The notes below the pieces were generated by a model. The model saw only the letters and a program-made list of their open reading frames with translations, was not told where the DNA came from and made no database searches. A stretch of DNA of 64,000 nt, from positions 352,001-416,000 of the forward strand of contig CAVZMH010000016.1 in NCBI GenBank assembly GCA_963776345.1, written 5' to 3'. Positions 61,553 through 64,000 of the stretch are shown here, piece after piece. Position numbers and translations under genes: made by a program. Each line of letters opens with the position of its first letter. Within the stretch, counting starts at the first letter, position 1. This stretch comes from an uncultured delta proteobacterium (GTDB taxonomy: Bacteria; Myxococcota; Myxococcia; Myxococcales; Myxococcaceae).

Positions 61553-63303
61553 CGGCCGCCCTCCTCGAGCGCGCGGGCCACGGCCGCTCCGAGCGCCTGG
61601 TGAACCTCGACGTTGGCCGCGCGGTCGACGACGCGCGCCTCGACGATGCGGAGCCCCGGCGCGCCGGCGTCCTCGAGCGCGGCCGCGAGGGCGGCGGGCG
61701 TCTCGGCGCGGGTGAAGCGGGCCCCGCCCAGCGCTGCCGCCGCCGAGAGGTCGGTCCCGTGCGGGGTGCCGAAGAGCGCCTCGAAGCGGGGGGTGCTCCC
61801 GGCGATGGGGAGGAAGGAGAAGATGCCGCCGCCGTCGTTGTTGACCACCACCACCGTCAGCGGAAGGCCGGCGCGGCGGGCGTGCACCAGGGCGCCGAGG
61901 TCGTGCAGGAAGGCCAGGTCGCCGACCAGCGCCACCGTGGGCGCCCCCGACGCCGCGGCGACGCCGAGCGCGGTGCTCAGGTTCCCGTCGATGCCGTTCA
62001 GCCCGCGGTTGGCGAGGACGCGGACCGGGCCGGCCGGCGCCGGGGCGAAGGCGTCGACGTCGCGGACGGGCATGCTGCTCCCGAGGACGAGGCGTGCCCC
62101 GGCGGGGAGCGCGGAGACGACGGCACGGGCGACCCCCGGCTCGGTGAGCCGGCGCTCGGCGGCGAGGCACGAGGCGAGGGCGGCCTCGGCGCGGGCGTCG
62201 GCCCGGGCGAACCCCTCCGCCCACGCGGCCCGTCTCGGCGCGGTGGCGGCGGTGAGCGCCTCGCAGATGGCGACGGCGTCACCCTCGAGGACCAGGGCCG
62301 CGCGGTGCGCTGGGTCCACCGGCTGGGGACCCTCCGAGACCAGCACCACCTCGGCGCCCGAGCCGTCGAGCCACTCGGAGACCCGGCGCGAGGACAGACC
62401 GCCGCCGAGGCGGACGACCAGGTCCGGCCGCGAGGCGAGCGCCCAGCCCTCGTTCCGGAGGAGCAGGTCGAGGTGGGAGATGACGGGCTGCCCGGGCGCC
62501 CAGCGGACGTTGCTCGCGGCCTCCGCCAGCACCGGGTAGCCGTGTGACGCCGCGAGGGCGCGCACCGCCGTGGCCAGGCGATCCGCCGGGGCGCGCGGAC
62601 CGACGACGACCACACCGCGCTCGGTGGCGGCGAGACGACGGCGGACCGCCTCGAGCTCCGGGTCGGGCGGAAGCGAGGCCGCGGCCACGGTGCGGACGAA
62701 GGGCGCCCCTGCCCTACCCTCCAGCGCCTCGCCGTCGAGGCCGGCGGGCATCGGCGCGTCGGGCACCGGGGCGAGCGGCTCGCGGAAGGGCACGTCGAGG
62801 TGCACCGGCCCGCCCGGGCGGGCGACGGCGGCCGAGACCGCGCGCGAGACGACGGCGCGGAGGTGCCGGAAGGCGGCCGCGCTCGCCTCGGGGACGGGGA
62901 GGCTCTCGGAGGTCCGGACGAAGCGGCCGAAGAGGCCGGCCTGCGGCAGGGTCTGGGCGGCGCCGAAGCCGTGCAGCTCCCAGGGCCGGTCGGCGGTGAG
63001 CGCCACCAGCGGCACGCCGGAGGCCCAGGCCTCGACCAGCGCGGGGAAGAGGTGCGCGCCCGCGCTGCCGGAGGTGACGAGGACGGCCACCGGGCGACCC
63101 GACTCCAGGGCGAGGCCCAGGGCGAAGAAGCCGGCCACACGCTCGTCGAGCACCACCCAGCTCCGGACCCCCGGGCCGGCCTCGGCGGCGGCGAGGGCGA
63201 GCGGGGCGCTGCGCGACCCCGGGCAGACGACGACCTCGCCCACCCCGCCACGCTGGAGCTCCTGGACCAGCGCCCGCGCCCAGAGCGTGTTGAGCGAGGG
63301 CAT
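61549..63303 (-). CDS. menD: SEPHCHC synthase
   Basis: CPGSRSAPL, DERVAGF, NRGLNGIDG, GDLAFLHD and NNDGGGIF motifs. Confidence 0.95.
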   Translation of the reverse strand: MPSLNTLWARALVQELQRGGVGEVVVCPGSRSAPLALAAAEAGPGVRSWVVLDERVAGFFALGLALESGRPVAVLVTSGSAGAHLFPALVEAWASGVPLVALTADRPWELHGFGAAQTLPQAGLFGRFVRTSESLPVPEASAAAFRHLRAVVSRAVSAAVARPGGPVHLDVPFREPLAPVPDAPMPAGLDGEALEGRAGAPFVRTVAAASLPPDPELEAVRRRLAATERGVVVVGPRAPADRLATAVRALAASHGYPVLAEAASNVRWAPGQPVISHLDLLLRNEGWALASRPDLVVRLGGGLSSRRVSEWLDGSGAEVVLVSEGPQPVDPAHRAALVLEGDAVAICEALTAATAPRRAAWAEGFARADARAEAALASCLAAERRLTEPGVARAVVSALPAGARLVLGSSMPVRDVDAFAPAPAGPVRVLANRGLNGIDGNLSTALGVAAASGAPTVALVGDLAFLHDLGALVHARRAGLPLTVVVVNNDGGGIFSFLPIAGSTPRFEALFGTPHGTDLSAAAALGGARFTRAETPAALAAALEDAGAPGLRIVEARVVDRAANVEVHQALGAAVARALEEGGR

Positions 63304-63310
63304 GCCCGAG

Positions 63311-64000
63311 TCAGCCCTCCATCCCCAGCGCGCGGAGCATGAAGCGCGCCTTCACCGCGGTCTCGGACCACTCGCCGTCGGCGGTGGACCCCGGCACGCA
63401 GCCGGCGCCGGAGAACAGCCGGGCGCTCGCGCCCCGGACCAGGGCACAGCGAAGCGCGACCCGGAGGTCGGCCCGGTCCGGCCCGAGCCAGCCGATGGCG
63501 CCTGCGTACCAGCCGCGAGCGAGCCGCTCGTGTCCGCGGAGGAAGGCGAGCGCCTCACCGCGCGGCGTCCCGCCGACGGCCGCCGTGGGGTGCAGTGCGC
63601 GGACCACGTCGCCGGGCGTGACGCCCGGGCGGAGGCGCGCCCGCACCGGCGTGCGGAGGTGCGAGACGTACCCGAGCGCGAGCGGCTCGGGAGCCGCGCC
63701 GATCTCCACCTCCGCCGAGAGCGGGAGGAGCGCCGTCCGGATGCTCTCCACCACCGCGGCGTGCTCGCGGGCCTCCTTGCGGCCGCCGGTGAGGCGGTCG
63801 AGCTCTCCCGGCCCCGCGCTGCTGGCCAGGGCCTGCGTCTCGAGGCGGCCCGCCTCCAGGGAGAAGAGCCGCTCGGGGCTGGCGCCGAGGAGCGTGGTGC
63901 CGTCGTCGGCGCGGAGCTCGTACCCCACCGCCGGGCCGGCGATGGCACGCATCCGCGCCCGGACGGCCGGGATGTCGAGCGGCCCGTCGGCCTCGAGCTC
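63311..64000 (-). CDS. menF: Isochorismate synthase (5' end beyond the window)
   Basis: LGASPERL, KEAREH, LHPTAAVGG, RGWYAG and ETAVK motifs. Confidence 0.88.
   Translation of the reverse strand, partial: ELEADGPLDIPAVRARMRAIAGPAVGYELRADDGTTLLGASPERLFSLEAGRLETQALASSAGPGELDRLTGGRKEAREHAAVVESIRTALLPLSAEVEIGAAPEPLALGYVSHLRTPVRARLRPGVTPGDVVRALHPTAAVGGTPRGEALAFLRGHERLARGWYAGAIGWLGPDRADLRVALRCALVRGASARLFSGAGCVPGSTADGEWSETAVKARFMLRALGMEG

Noticed and set aside
1..64000. Many long overlapping or antisense ORFs (e.g. 37166..40537, 11156..13930, 25558..27696)
   Set aside because: These are shadow ORFs opposite or off-frame to well-supported genes. They are Arg/Pro/Gly-rich with no motifs, as expected at this GC content.

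Overview
Very GC-rich bacterial DNA. Gene content and style suggest an Anaeromyxobacter-like Myxococcota (inference). The window is mostly central and energy metabolism. From left to right: the end of a branched-chain amino acid ABC operon; two duplicated small membrane or secreted proteins, each behind a duplicated sigma54-like promoter; a repeat lipoprotein; an alpha-2-macroglobulin/PBP1C pair; a TMEM175 channel; lutABC, split by a Cys-rich mini-ORF; an outer-membrane barrel; a Cfa-family methyltransferase resembling fungal sphingolipid C9-methyltransferases; a TCA cluster (ndk, sucDC, sdhBA with only a 48-aa remnant where sdhC belongs, mdh, icd, gltA); pyk; nifJ with a DHOD-like gene; a hemerythrin-like gene; a tightly coupled korAB-erythrin-nuoA(BC)DHIJKLMN operon lacking nuoEFG; and a classical men cluster. 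About eight single-base frameshifts in the first 25 kb look like sequencing errors. I saw no rRNA, tRNA, CRISPR array or transposase. All calls come from motif recognition by eye, with no database searches.
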